Shown here piece after piece: positions 10,743 through 20,805 of a stretch of DNA of 64,000 nt (position 1 is its first letter; each line of letters begins with the position of its first letter). The stretch lies in contig NIVC01003051.1 of the NCBI GenBank assembly GCA_002269645.1, positions 1 through 64,000 on the forward strand. Reading direction: 5' to 3'. The notes beneath the pieces were generated by a model that saw only the letters and a list, made by a program, of their open reading frames with translations, was not told the DNA's origin and ran no database searches. This DNA comes from Macrostomum lignano. Its lineage: Eukaryota. The translations under genes were made by a program, and so were the position numbers.

Positions 10743-11255
10743 TCACGGACATCTTTTTCTTAAGTTGGCTTCAAACCTCTGTAAGATTCTATCATTCAAA
10801 TGATTTTTCTCATTAGCATGCAAATGCTTCAAAATCCCCTCAAATGACCGATTGAACAGAAACTTTTGATAAGCAAAATAGATGCAAAACATTCCGCATT
10901 TATTAGAGTTAGCACATTGAACTCTGTTTATATTGCTTCGGAGCCAAAAGCCAGTTGTTTTAATCTCTCGAAACAAATTATAAACCAAAGATAAAATTTC
11001 AGGTTCCCAGCCGAGGGAGTTGAACAACTCAATGCGATTTCCTTGCCCAACATAGCACACCACCCAGTGACCAAATGAGCCATTGTGCTGAAGTAGGACA
11101 AAAACAAACTTGTTTTCAAAGGAAATTGATGATCTAAATTTTCTTTTTACATTCAAGGGCAGAGAATTTTTATAGCGCAAATGTAAAGTAACTATGAGAA
11201 ATTTTTGGTAAGGCAAAAATTTTCTGGCGAGATTAAGTAGTTGAATTGCATCCAT
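10743..11255 (-). CDS. Adenain-like (Ulp1/C5 clan) maturation cysteine protease
   Basis: GHWV (His), FNSLG, VQ...SNKCG (Gln, Cys). Confidence 0.88.
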   Translation of the reverse strand: MDAIQLLNLARKFLPYQKFLIVTLHLRYKNSLPLNVKRKFRSSISFENKFVFVLLQHNGSFGHWVVCYVGQGNRIELFNSLGWEPEILSLVYNLFREIKTTGFWLRSNINRVQCANSNKCGMFCIYFAYQKFLFNRSFEGILKHLHANEKNHLNDRILQRFEANLRKRCP

Positions 11256-11260
11256 GTCAA

Positions 11261-12542
11261 TTAAGAGGAATAGTCCAGCAAAAGCTCTCGGTGCTTGGTG
11301 ACCTCAATCAGCGAGTCATACAGGCACATAGCAATCAGGGACACCGCTTCATTCAGAGCCTGTTGGAAGCGAATCTCCAGCCGCAGGTTGCCCTCCTTCT
11401 GTCCGTACCACAGAGCCGCTCCCTCGGGTGTGAGATCGAATGCAAACACCGTGGTGTTGTTGGAGAAGAGCTGGTAGGGGATCCACGGACCGAGTTTGTG
11501 TGGCTTGCAGATTGACAGCTTTTCAGGTAGTGCAAGTATTCTCTTACGAAGGAATTGTTTTCAGGTGTGAAGGCGCCGTGGCACACGGTTTCCCCACCTT
11601 TCTTTAGAGCCAATCGGCTAAGGTTGAAGCTCTGGAACTGTAACGGGCTCGCGTGATGATGACCGTTGAATGCTCGGTGGCTCACGAAGGCCAGCATGAT
11701 GAACTTCGGCAATTTTCCATGAGTGAATCCTTCAATGTTTTTTGACTGAATACCCTGGGGTAGGATGAAGTTCTGCATTTCAGTTCGCTCGATGGGATAC
11801 AGTGCATTTTGGTTTGTCAGCCCCTGCTCATGGGCCAGGCTGATGTGGGGCATCACTTTGACTCGGCGAAGATGCAGAATGCTGTGAGAGATTTCCATTC
11901 GGTATGCCGCGTTGTTTGCATTCGGGGTTCTGATGGCAAAGGCCCCATCGCTGGGACCAGTTTGATGTGCAGGTGCAGATTGCTTAGCAGAAACACTGGG
12001 CACTGGAAAACATCGCTGAAGAGCGGCCCCGCATACTCCATCCATTGGGATTCCCTGTGGCTCTCCGTGTGCTCTTCAGCTGCCGAGTTCGGCTCCAGGA
12101 AGCCAGCAGGGTAAAGTTTTAGTTGCTGGGCATCGGATGAGCTCATTAGTGCTTTGAAGTACGCATGGTAGGGATAGAGCTGGTCTCCACCAGACACCAC
12201 TCGCTGGTTAATGCTCACAATTACATCTGAGAAGGCTGTAGACAGAACAAAATTTTCTGGGTGCACGTCACTGTCTCTGCGCTCGGTGATGATGCCATCT
12301 CCATCTCGAACATCCTCCCTCAGCAAACCCCCATCCAGTCTCACAAGGCGGCAGCGAATATAAAGAAAAGAATTAAGCAGATCTGTATATTCATCGGCAG
12401 ATTGGTGGCAGTCAAATTCAATGGGAGAGTTTGCAACAATGGAATTAACTGGGTGAATATCAACATAAGTAGCTTTTTCAATGCAGGTTTGTAGAACGGG
12501 CGTCTTAAATAAATCAAGTCTGGGATTGAATCCGTAAGCCAT
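11261..12542 (-). CDS. Double jelly-roll major capsid protein (Polinton PY), two frameshifts
   Basis: LDLFKTP, DIHPVNS..SPIEF, LHLRRVKV, ALYPIERT, FNG....PLQFQ, FAFDLTP...GNLRLEIRF, spread over ORFs 11853-12542, 11353-12045 and 11261-11449. Confidence 0.92.
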
Positions 12543-12544
12543 GT

Positions 12545-12922
12545 CTATGACAGAGAGTCGAGCACGCGTTTCACAGTTTTCTTGCTGACTTTTTGCTTTC
12601 GCTTTCCTCCGCCTGCTCTATTCTTCTTTGCTTTCGTCTTCCTATTCTTAAGCTTTTTCCCACTAGCCTTGCTCGACCTCTTACTGCGATTTCCACCAGT
12701 TGCCTTTCGGGTGCCCTTCTTTTTCTTCAATCGTTTCGGACTTGCTTCAGTATTTCTTTTGCGCCTGACGTTGCTAAGCGTCGAGGCTGATGATGATGAT
12801 ATAGCCGCTGGCGGAGGCTGGTATGTCATGATCCCTGGGAAGCTCCCACAGCCATAGAGTGCAGGCTTTTCGTGTCCTGTCCTCACCCCCGAATATTGCT
12901 GGATTAGCTGCTGGTAGTTCAT
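12545..12922 (-). CDS. Lys/Arg-rich core (DNA-condensing) protein with a GxG putative protease site
   Basis: ATG 12922. LYGCGSF followed by a very basic tail. Lies between mCP and MCP, as in E2. Confidence 0.65.
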   Translation of the reverse strand: MNYQQLIQQYSGVRTGHEKPALYGCGSFPGIMTYQPPPAAISSSSASTLSNVRRKRNTEASPKRLKKKKGTRKATGGNRSKRSSKASGKKLKNRKTKAKKNRAGGGKRKQKVSKKTVKRVLDSLS

Positions 12923-13727
12923 TGAATGCGTTTCTCCTGAATTTGAACTGTAAGCAGAACAGGGCTGTGAGTCTGTGCAATCAGTGGGCAACCATAGATG
13001 TCCGCAGCTGAACTCGAATGCTGTGAAGAAGACTGATTCGTTGAATCGGGAAGAATATTGTTTTCTTAAATATTTTTGTTTGATAGTTGCCCCATTCAAT
13101 GCCAGCTTTCATTCCAACTGTTCTCAACAAGGAGCTCCAGTTGCAATTAGTTGACTCAACGATACTGCAGTGCACATTGATTAAGCTGGTGCGCGGGCAG
13201 CCAATGCAATGCTCGGATACGCGGCTCCCTGGCTGGATTTTCACAGCCTGGTTTCCAAATCCCAGCCAATGCAGAATTTTACTAGATGGAAGAAACAGCT
13301 CTGCTCTCGCAGTGTTGTTGTGCACCACAGTTCGTGAGTTGCGGATTTCGAACTTCATACCAAATTCCCTGTTGCCACTACGCCCCATCAGGCCGGACTC
13401 ATCAGCCTCCATCTCAGACTCCCTGTCACTCATTGCATCAAAGAACAGCGAATCAGAGTTGGCCAGCAGCTCATTCAGGCGCTCCACCAGCTCCTCCACT
13501 CTAGCAAAGCGTCCGGGTTGAAGAACCAGGGCCTCATGCTCTCTTCCATCTGAGACAGTGAAGCAGTAAGGCTCGTCAACATTGAACCATGCAGCAGGCA
13601 GATGGATTTCAGCCAGACCTGCCTCATAGTCCACATTTCGATCCAAGTAAATAGGTGAAGGCAGGTAAAAATTAAAGTCACTAGGAGTACCTTCAGCATG
13701 CTCACTGTTAATCAAAATAGTTCGCAT
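12919..13727 (-). CDS. Minor capsid (penton, PX) protein; frameshift near 13010
   Basis: NS...SDFNFYLPSPIYL..YEAGLAEI..P, INVHCSIVES..LLR, HSIRVQL. The alternative frame ADIYGCPL...RIQ* ends at 12919. Confidence 0.85.
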
Positions 13728-13764
13728 TATAATCATAAACTACATGATGAGGGCTGTGCCAAAG

Positions 13765-14835
13765 CTAAACCTTTCTTAAGTCTTTTTCATCCACCCAGCC
13801 AGTCGAGTCGTAGCCCGCCCATTTCACCAGATAGCGAATTTTTCCCTTCCGCTTCTCCGTTTTCAGGATCTTCTCAATCACATACAGCCGCTGTGAGTCC
13901 GGGACAGCCTGCAGCTCGTGCTCATGGAAGAGTCCTCGAATCTCTTGCCCCCGCATGTCTTTAATCTTGTACATGTAGGGATAATGTTTTGGGGCTCTGC
14001 TCACCACGGTGTACACTTCCTCACTCCAGCTCGCTTTGTATCCCTTTTTGAATATCCGTGGAGCATTGGAAATTCTCACTGACTGGTTTTCAGCGAACTT
14101 AGGCTTCTTTAATTTTTCTAGAGTCTCGACTGCTTTTCCATCGTACAGGTTCATCCACACTTCAGATTCATTCTCTTTGCAGACACTAGTGGGTGCCATT
14201 TTGATGCTTCTGTGGTAGGTATTGTTGTAGGATTTTACCAGCTTAGGCAGCACATCAAGCCAGTGCAGTGTGCTCTTGTAGGTGAAGTAGCGCCACATTC
14301 TACTTTTCAGAGTTCGATTCCATCGCTCAATGACAGCTGCCTTCTGCTCGCTGTTAGTTGGGAAAGCCAGAATCCCTCTGTCAATGCAGTATTGACGGAA
14401 AGTGGAGTTGATAAATTCCTTCCCCTGATCTGTGCGAACTGTGCGTGGCTGGCGCTTTGAACTTCTCAGTATGCTCTCGAATGCTGACTTCACTTCTGCA
14501 GCAGATTTATTTTTCAGTGCCTTGGCCCAAGCACATTTTGAGAGCACGTCAATGCATGTGAGAATATATTTGTAGCCTTTATTATGCTTTGCGAATGGAA
14601 TCATTTCCACTAAGTCAAGTTCCCACTGATCATCGATTGCGCGCACTATGATTGGGGCCCTTGGATATCGCCTCCTAGCTGGCTTGTGCAGAGTGTGCAC
14701 TGGCTGCTCGCTGAGCCACTGCTCAATGCTCTTTGCAGATATTCGATCACCTCTTTGCCTCACTTCATGCAGCAACTTTGAGGCACAAGAAAAACTAGCC
14801 GGTTGCTCAGGTTTCAAATAAATTTTCTCCATCAT
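13765..14835 (-). CDS. Retroviral-like (rve) integrase with C-terminal chromodomain
   Basis: DDE triad WELD / TDQGKEF / IERWNRTLK; YVIEKILK...YLVKWAGY. ORF intact. Confidence 0.96.
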   Translation of the reverse strand: MMEKIYLKPEQPASFSCASKLLHEVRQRGDRISAKSIEQWLSEQPVHTLHKPARRRYPRAPIIVRAIDDQWELDLVEMIPFAKHNKGYKYILTCIDVLSKCAWAKALKNKSAAEVKSAFESILRSSKRQPRTVRTDQGKEFINSTFRQYCIDRGILAFPTNSEQKAAVIERWNRTLKSRMWRYFTYKSTLHWLDVLPKLVKSYNNTYHRSIKMAPTSVCKENESEVWMNLYDGKAVETLEKLKKPKFAENQSVRISNAPRIFKKGYKASWSEEVYTVVSRAPKHYPYMYKIKDMRGQEIRGLFHEHELQAVPDSQRLYVIEKILKTEKRKGKIRYLVKWAGYDSTGWVDEKDLRKV

Positions 14836-15155
14836 GGGTTTATCAAGATACGTGCCTATCCACCTGCTCTAGCTGTACAGTATTTTTTCTTAAGTAGAAA
14901 TTTATATTCCAATTAAATGATAGAGAAACGAGTGGCAAATTAATTTATTACTGTCAGATTGAAACCTCTAACATCGTAACAGTCGGTGTATTTTCCGAAA
15001 GCAAACAATCCATAAAAACGAACACTAAAACACTCGCACACCAGCATTTCAGAAATAGCAGAGATAAAAAACAGCATAGTGCCGTCAGGCTGGATAATCA
15101 TGTGCAAGCTAAAAGTAATTTAGTTAGTCCAATGCATTCAAAGCATTCTAGCTGT

Positions 15156-15932
15156 TCAGTTATCAAAGCGAACATTGGGCTGCAGCCTCATCGCGTCCTG
15201 CCGACGAAGTTGAAATGGCAGCTTTCGCTTCCTGCTGCTGCTGCTCACCGTCGAAGCCGCTGCATGCGCCCTGAACTGATACCACACCGGATCTTCCTCA
15301 AGGTTGGTGTCCCGCTGCGGAAGCAGTCCAGCATCAGAATCAACCGAAGGTATCGGTGTGGATGTGATTGGCTCAGTCACAATGCGCGGCCTTGTGGGCG
15401 AGCTAACGTCCTCGTCATCAGCATGATCTCCGCCCTCATCAGTCTCCATTATGGGCTTCGTGTCCTGGTCAGCCTCCAACTTGAGCTTCTTGTCCTCTTC
15501 CTCCTCTTCCTCATCAGACTCCAGCTCGTACTGCATTGTGTTCCTCAAGGGAGCCACCAGCTGACCGTCGATCCAGGAGGCGATTTTCCAGAGCTTCTGC
15601 CACAGCGGCGGAGTCAGTGGTACGGCGTTTCGTCTCAAAAACTCCTCGCAGCAATCTTCCGGCAGCCGTTTGAGCCAAATGATGCCGCCTTTGACTTCCA
15701 CAAACTTATCGAAGCCGAGTTTCACGACCTTGGGCTCGTTGTTGCGTGCAGAAATCACAAGTGAGCGTTTCACCTCCTTCAATTTCTTCCATTGGTGAAC
15801 ATTCAGGTTGAATCCTGGGACGCCTGGCTTCAGACTTGCCGTGCTGCCGTGTCGGTAAAATTTGCGAATAGCGATAAATTTTTGTCCTTCAAACTCCTGG
15901 ACTTGTGCCTTATAGCCTTCACAGATGTCCAT
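15156..15932 (-). CDS. PC4/Sub1-like ssDNA-binding/coactivator protein with two PC4-like units and an acidic/basic tail
   Basis: VQEFEGQKFIAIRKFY...LKPGVPGFNLNVHQWKKL resembles PC4 VRDFKGKVLIDIREYW..MKPGRKGISLNPEQWSQL. A degenerate second unit ends AVPLTPPLWQKL. Confidence 0.8.
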   Translation of the reverse strand: MDICEGYKAQVQEFEGQKFIAIRKFYRHGSTASLKPGVPGFNLNVHQWKKLKEVKRSLVISARNNEPKVVKLGFDKFVEVKGGIIWLKRLPEDCCEEFLRRNAVPLTPPLWQKLWKIASWIDGQLVAPLRNTMQYELESDEEEEEEDKKLKLEADQDTKPIMETDEGGDHADDEDVSSPTRPRIVTEPITSTPIPSVDSDAGLLPQRDTNLEEDPVWYQFRAHAAASTVSSSSRKRKLPFQLRRQDAMRLQPNVRFDN

Positions 15933-16134
15933 TTTCCTTTCGCAATTGAAAACTCACAAAAGTTAAAAGCTGAGGAAAATTTCGGATGAAATTTTGGATT
16001 TGAAAAATTGAGAATTCTTCCTTGTCAATTTCGGGGCTTATATACCCTCGACCGAACCACCCCAAACCACCCATCCCACTCCGGGCTCTGTGATTGGCTC
16101 TTTCGCAAACATTATTTCCAATTACATAGATTAA

Positions 16135-16372
16135 CATCTTATCTCTGCAGTGTTAACCACCCCCAATGCAAAGAGATAGGCCGCCTCTCCTCCTATCTCT
16201 GCAGTGTTAACCACCCCAATGCAAAGAGATAGGCCGCCTCTCCTCCTATCTCTGCAGTGTTAACCACCCCCAATGCAAAGAGATAGGCCGCCTCTCCTCC
16301 TATCTCTGCAGTGTTAACCATCTCCAGTGTAAAGAAATAGGCCGCCTCTTCTCCTATCACTCCTGTGTTAAG
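16135..16372 (+). repeat. E1 right subterminal ~53-bp repeats (variants of the TIR unit)
   Basis: ATCTCTGCAGTGTTAACCACCCC(C)AATGCAAAGAGATAGGCCGCCTCTCCTCCT, about 4 copies. Confidence 0.85.
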
Positions 16373-16389
16373 CAGAGATAGAGCTCATA

Positions 16390-16712
16390 TCTCTGCAGTG
16401 CTTAGCCGTCCCCAATGCACAGAGATAGAGCTCATATCTCTGCAGTGCTTAGCCGTCCCCAATGCACAGAGATAGAGCTCATATCTCTGCAGTGCTTAGC
16501 CGTCCCCAATGCACAGAGATAGAGCTCATATCTCTGCAGTGCTTAGCCGTCCCCAATGCACAGAGATAGAGCTCATATCTCTGCAGTGCTTAGCCGTCCC
16601 CAATGCACAGAGATAGGGCTCATATCTCCGCAGTGTATTTTTCCCTATACATTTGCATTGCCGCCTATCTCGCCAGTGCTAGTGCGGCAGTATCATAATT
16701 CGCCCTACTACT
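16390..16712 (-). repeat. E1 right TIR
   Basis: Reverse complement of 1-310 plus terminal AATTCGCCCTACTACT. Confidence 0.93.
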
Positions 16713-17090
16713 TCAGTGGGTTGTCAGTCAGCATCAAACTTGGGTTGTCAGTGGGTTGTCAGTCAGCATCAAACTTGGGTTGTCAGTGGGTTGTCAGTCA
16801 GCATCAAACTTGGGTTGTCAGTGGGTTGTCAGTCAGCATCAAACTTGGGTTGTCAGTGGGTTGTCAGTCAGCATCAAACTTGAGTTGTCAGTTAGCATCA
16901 AACTTGGGTTGTCAGTCAGCATCACATTTGAGTTGTCAGTCAGCATCAAATTTGAGTTGTCAGTTAGCATCAAACTTGGGCTGTCACTGTCAGTAAGCAT
17001 CAAACTGAGCTGTCAGTGGGTTGTCAGTCCGCATCAAATTGGGCTGTCAGTAAGGGTCCCGCTTCCGTGTCAGTGGGGTGTCAAACGCGG
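16713..17090 (+). repeat. 35-bp minisatellite flanking E1 (probable insertion target)
   Basis: TCAGTGGGTTGTCAGTCAGCATCAAACTTGGGTTG repeats, degenerating rightwards. Confidence 0.9.
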
Positions 17091-18269
17091 GTTGTCAGGC
17101 TTGCATGTGACGCTAGTTTAAAATACACAATGGCACCAAAAATATTGTTTCTTTTCGCCCATCTGCTTAAAAAATGATGGATGCTTGAGCTGATTATAAA
17201 TCTAGCAAATTAATTAACTTAATACTTAATCTTCAAGTTAAAGGCTTATTTTTTGCTTAATTTCGCATTGTTATTAAACATATTTTGATGGAATATTTCT
17301 GCTATATTAATAATAATCTGATTCCATAACGGAAATCCTTGGGAATTGGCGTTTAGCTAAAGTATATAGATCCATTTAATTGCAGTCATCAATCTTACAG
17401 CTGTCGATTCAATCAAGGCTTAGATGGGGAAAAATTCATTTTCGAAAACTGACACATTCGACTCGCACTCAAACCTCTCCCGCCTCTAGCGCTTTAATTG
17501 CCTTTCCATCAAAATTTGGCGCAAATCTTCTTCTTATAGAATTGAGCGGAGGCTCTCAAGTGCGTCAAACCTACAGGAGCCGCACTGAGTATGAAAACAT
17601 GCGGCATGTATGCAGGGGATGTTGATGATTAAATTACAGTAATTCGTCTTTATGAAGTAGACAGAGGGGTAGATGATGAGCAGTAGATGTGTCAGATACA
17701 CACGCAGATTTGATTGAATGATAAGCAATCCCTGTTATCGGCATTGATGCAAGTTTAGTTAACAGTCTCCATGCTCGAAATAGACAGAGAGATGACACAC
17801 GCGTTACGCGGGTTAAATACACAGTTTATATGTTGAACACATTTTCTCCATGCTTTTATAATAAGATATTTACGCAACTAAGGCCTTTATTTAAACAAGA
17901 ATTGAACCCCCCCCCGATCAGCGCCCGTAGCGTAGCCTAGTAACAACACGGCGCAACACACAAAAACAAATATGACGCGGCCGCTAAAAGGTGTTTGAAA
18001 TGAGGCTAGCGGAATATCAATATACAATTTTGTATCTTATGGGCTACAGGTGTCAAGTCTAATTATTATAGAGCGCACATGTAAACTAATTAACGTGTTA
18101 AATTAATTTTACGTTGCTATACAACTAATAGACTTGTATAGAATTTGTTTGTGGCTTTTTATATAGAATTATTGTTTTAATTACAATTGATATGTAAATA
18201 TATAACTTATAGTAGCAATCTAATAAACATGTATCTTAAGAAGCCCAAATGGCATTATTAGTGGGAGGC

Positions 18270-18686
18270 CAAATGGCATTAGTGAGAGCCAAAATGACAT
18301 TAGAGAGAGCCAGAATGGCATTAGAGAGAGCCAGAATGGCATTAGAGAGAGCCAGAATGGCATTAGAAAGAGCCAGAATGGCATTAGAGAGAGCCAGAAT
18401 GGCATTAGAGAGCCAGAATGGCATTAGAGAGCCAGAATGGCATTAGAGAGCCAGAATGGCATTAGAGAGCCAGAATGGCATTAGAGAGCCAGAATGGCAT
18501 TAGAGGGAGCCAGAATGGCATTAGAGGGAGCCAAAATGGCATTAGAGGGAGCCAGAATGGCATTAGAGAGCCAGAATGGCATTAGAGGGAGCCAGAATGG
18601 CATTAGAGGGAGCCAAAATGTCATTAGAGGAAGCCAAAATGGCAGAGAGCCAAAATGGCATTAGATTAGAGAGAGCCAAAATGGCA
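18270..18686 (+). repeat. 14-16-bp minisatellite GAGCCAGAATGGCATTA(GA)
   Basis: Direct observation. Confidence 0.92.
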
Positions 18687-19584
18687 CTTGATATGCTAAA
18701 CTGCAGTCTAGTGTAAATGATAGGTTAAAGATGCTGCTATTTTGATGATTTTTAAAATTTTTAAAAGTTCACTTACTTTTGACGCAGTTAAACTACAAAT
18801 GCATTGTTAACTCTTCATCTTGGGGTCTTTTTTAAATGAAATAACTAAGACAATCAATCCACCATTCCTCCAAATATTTTAACGCGTTAAACAAAAGCTA
18901 CAATTACAAAGCAACAACTTTGTTACTACTGATGACACGGGACTAATGAGTAGTGTAACAGATTTATTAAACTAAAAATGTTTGAAATTTAAGTGCACAA
19001 TAGTCATTTAGTTATGAAACGAACTTAAAGAAATTAAATTAGAGAAAAAAGAGAAATTCATTGCAATGTACATTAGAAAGGTAATTAGAATATTGTAGTT
19101 ACTGTACATTACATTATATAGGATACGCAATTAACAAGTTTATAGCATAGTAGGTAAAACAACACTGAATTTGGATTCGCTACAGAGGGGATAACAAAAA
19201 TATGACAGATTATTACTAATATGTACATAATCTCTGGAACAGAATTAAGCAGAGTCGGTCGGGTTTAACGTGTCAGTGGTGGGGATACAGAGAAACGCGC
19301 GCGCATATTGATACAATGTGAGAACAAGGCGATGAAGGCTTTTAAAAAATAATTAATATATTTATATGACAGAATATGAACTATGAACATTGCCCAGAAG
19401 CTTATAGCAGTCAAATAATTAACATTAGAACGCATTTAAGTAGTATAATATATGCAGCTGGGTTATGCAGGAATGGGAAGGGGATTTAGAGATCGGATTT
19501 AGATTATTAGAGATTAGATAGAAGAAAAAAGAAATGAAAGATATTGAACAGATTAAACGAGTTTACAGACAGAGTGGGAGATTT

Positions 19585-20070
19585 GAGATGGGGAGGTCGG
19601 ATATGGGGAGTTTAGATATAAAGAGATTATATATGGCGACAGAGATTGGAGATTTGGGTGAGAAATTAGATATGGAAAGAGAGATTGGATGAAGAGAGAT
19701 TAGATATAGGAAGAGAAATTAAGTATGGGGATAGAGATTAGATATGGGGAGAGATTAGATATGGGAGAGATTAGATATGGGGAGAGATTAGATATGGGAG
19801 AGATTAGATATGGGGAGAGATTAGATATGGGAGAGATTAGATATGGGGAGAGATTAGATATGGGGAGAAAGATTAGATATGGAGAGATTAAATATAGGGA
19901 GAGAAATTAGATACGGAAAGAGAGATTAGATATGGGGAGAGAGATTAGATATGGGGAGCGAGATTAGATGTGGGGAGAGAGATTAGATATGGAGAGATTA
20001 GATATAGGGAGAGAAATTAGATATGGAAAGAGAGATTAGATGTACGCGAAGAGAGATTAGAGATGGGGAG
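19585..20070 (+). repeat. Purine-rich ~16-17-bp repeat GAGAGATTAGATATGG(GG)
   Basis: Direct observation. Confidence 0.9.
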
Positions 20071-20197
20071 AGATGAGAGTTAACATTTGAGCGCAAAAAG
20101 CCGAGGCGATAAGATAAGTGATAAGAGCAATTAACAGACAACACCAAAGCGTTCACCTCAAGTAAAACATTCCCGCGAAAATTTCGCGCAGCCGCCA

Positions 20198-20742
20198 TCA
20201 ACCAAGGATGACCTCCTCGTCAGCCTCGGGCACCTCGACTGTTTCTAAGAAATGTTCGCGCACCTGCCGACCATGATCGAACCCAGGGTCCAGCATGCCG
20301 ACCGGTGCCCGTCCGAGTTGATTTCGGAGTTTCCTTGGCCTACCAACCGATCGAGTGGTGGCAGCGGCGGACGAGATGATGGCCGTTGGGGACACCCCAA
20401 CAGGCAGCTGCTGGCTTGGCTTGGTGTGGGTCAGAGCGTGGGTCCGCAGGTTCGTTCTCTGGCCAAACCGCCGGTCGCAGACCTTGCTCGGGGTAGAATA
20501 GTAGAACAATGATTCTTTAATAATTAAACATGGCCTTTAATAGTATTATTAATTTAAATACATCCTTTTTACAAAATATTAAAAATAATCTCTCCCTACT
20601 TCTAATTTCCATCTAATTTCGAATCTATCCCCAATTCTCTCCCTATCTCTAATCTCTCTTCATATCCAATCATCTCTCATGCAAATCTCTAATCTCTATA
20701 AACAAATATAATCTCCCCACATCTAATCTTTCTCCCTATCTC

Positions 20743-20805
<63 letters not shown>

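Larger units (their letters stand above)
1..16712. mobile_element. Polinton/Maverick (adintovirus-like) element E1, ~16.7 kb; left terminus ~16 bp upstream of window
   Basis: Bases 1-~310 are the reverse complement of ~16390-16696. The right end is ...CTACTACT at 16712, a typical Polinton AGTAGT-type terminus. Contains pPolB, rve integrase, MCP, mCP, ATPase and cysteine protease. TSD cannot be verified because the left flank is outside the window. Confidence 0.96.

Noticed and set aside
8958-11955. Programmed -1 frameshifting in several E1 genes
   Set aside because: Too many sites, some in only 2-3-base runs, and the same pattern in the retrotransposon; indel error or decay is more parsimonious
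16713-16718. TSD of E1 (TCAGTG)
   Set aside because: Left flank is outside the window, so it cannot be confirmed
17380-17822. Short Cys/His ORFs (RING- or recombinase-like?)
   Set aside because: Motif spacing unconvincing; no supporting context
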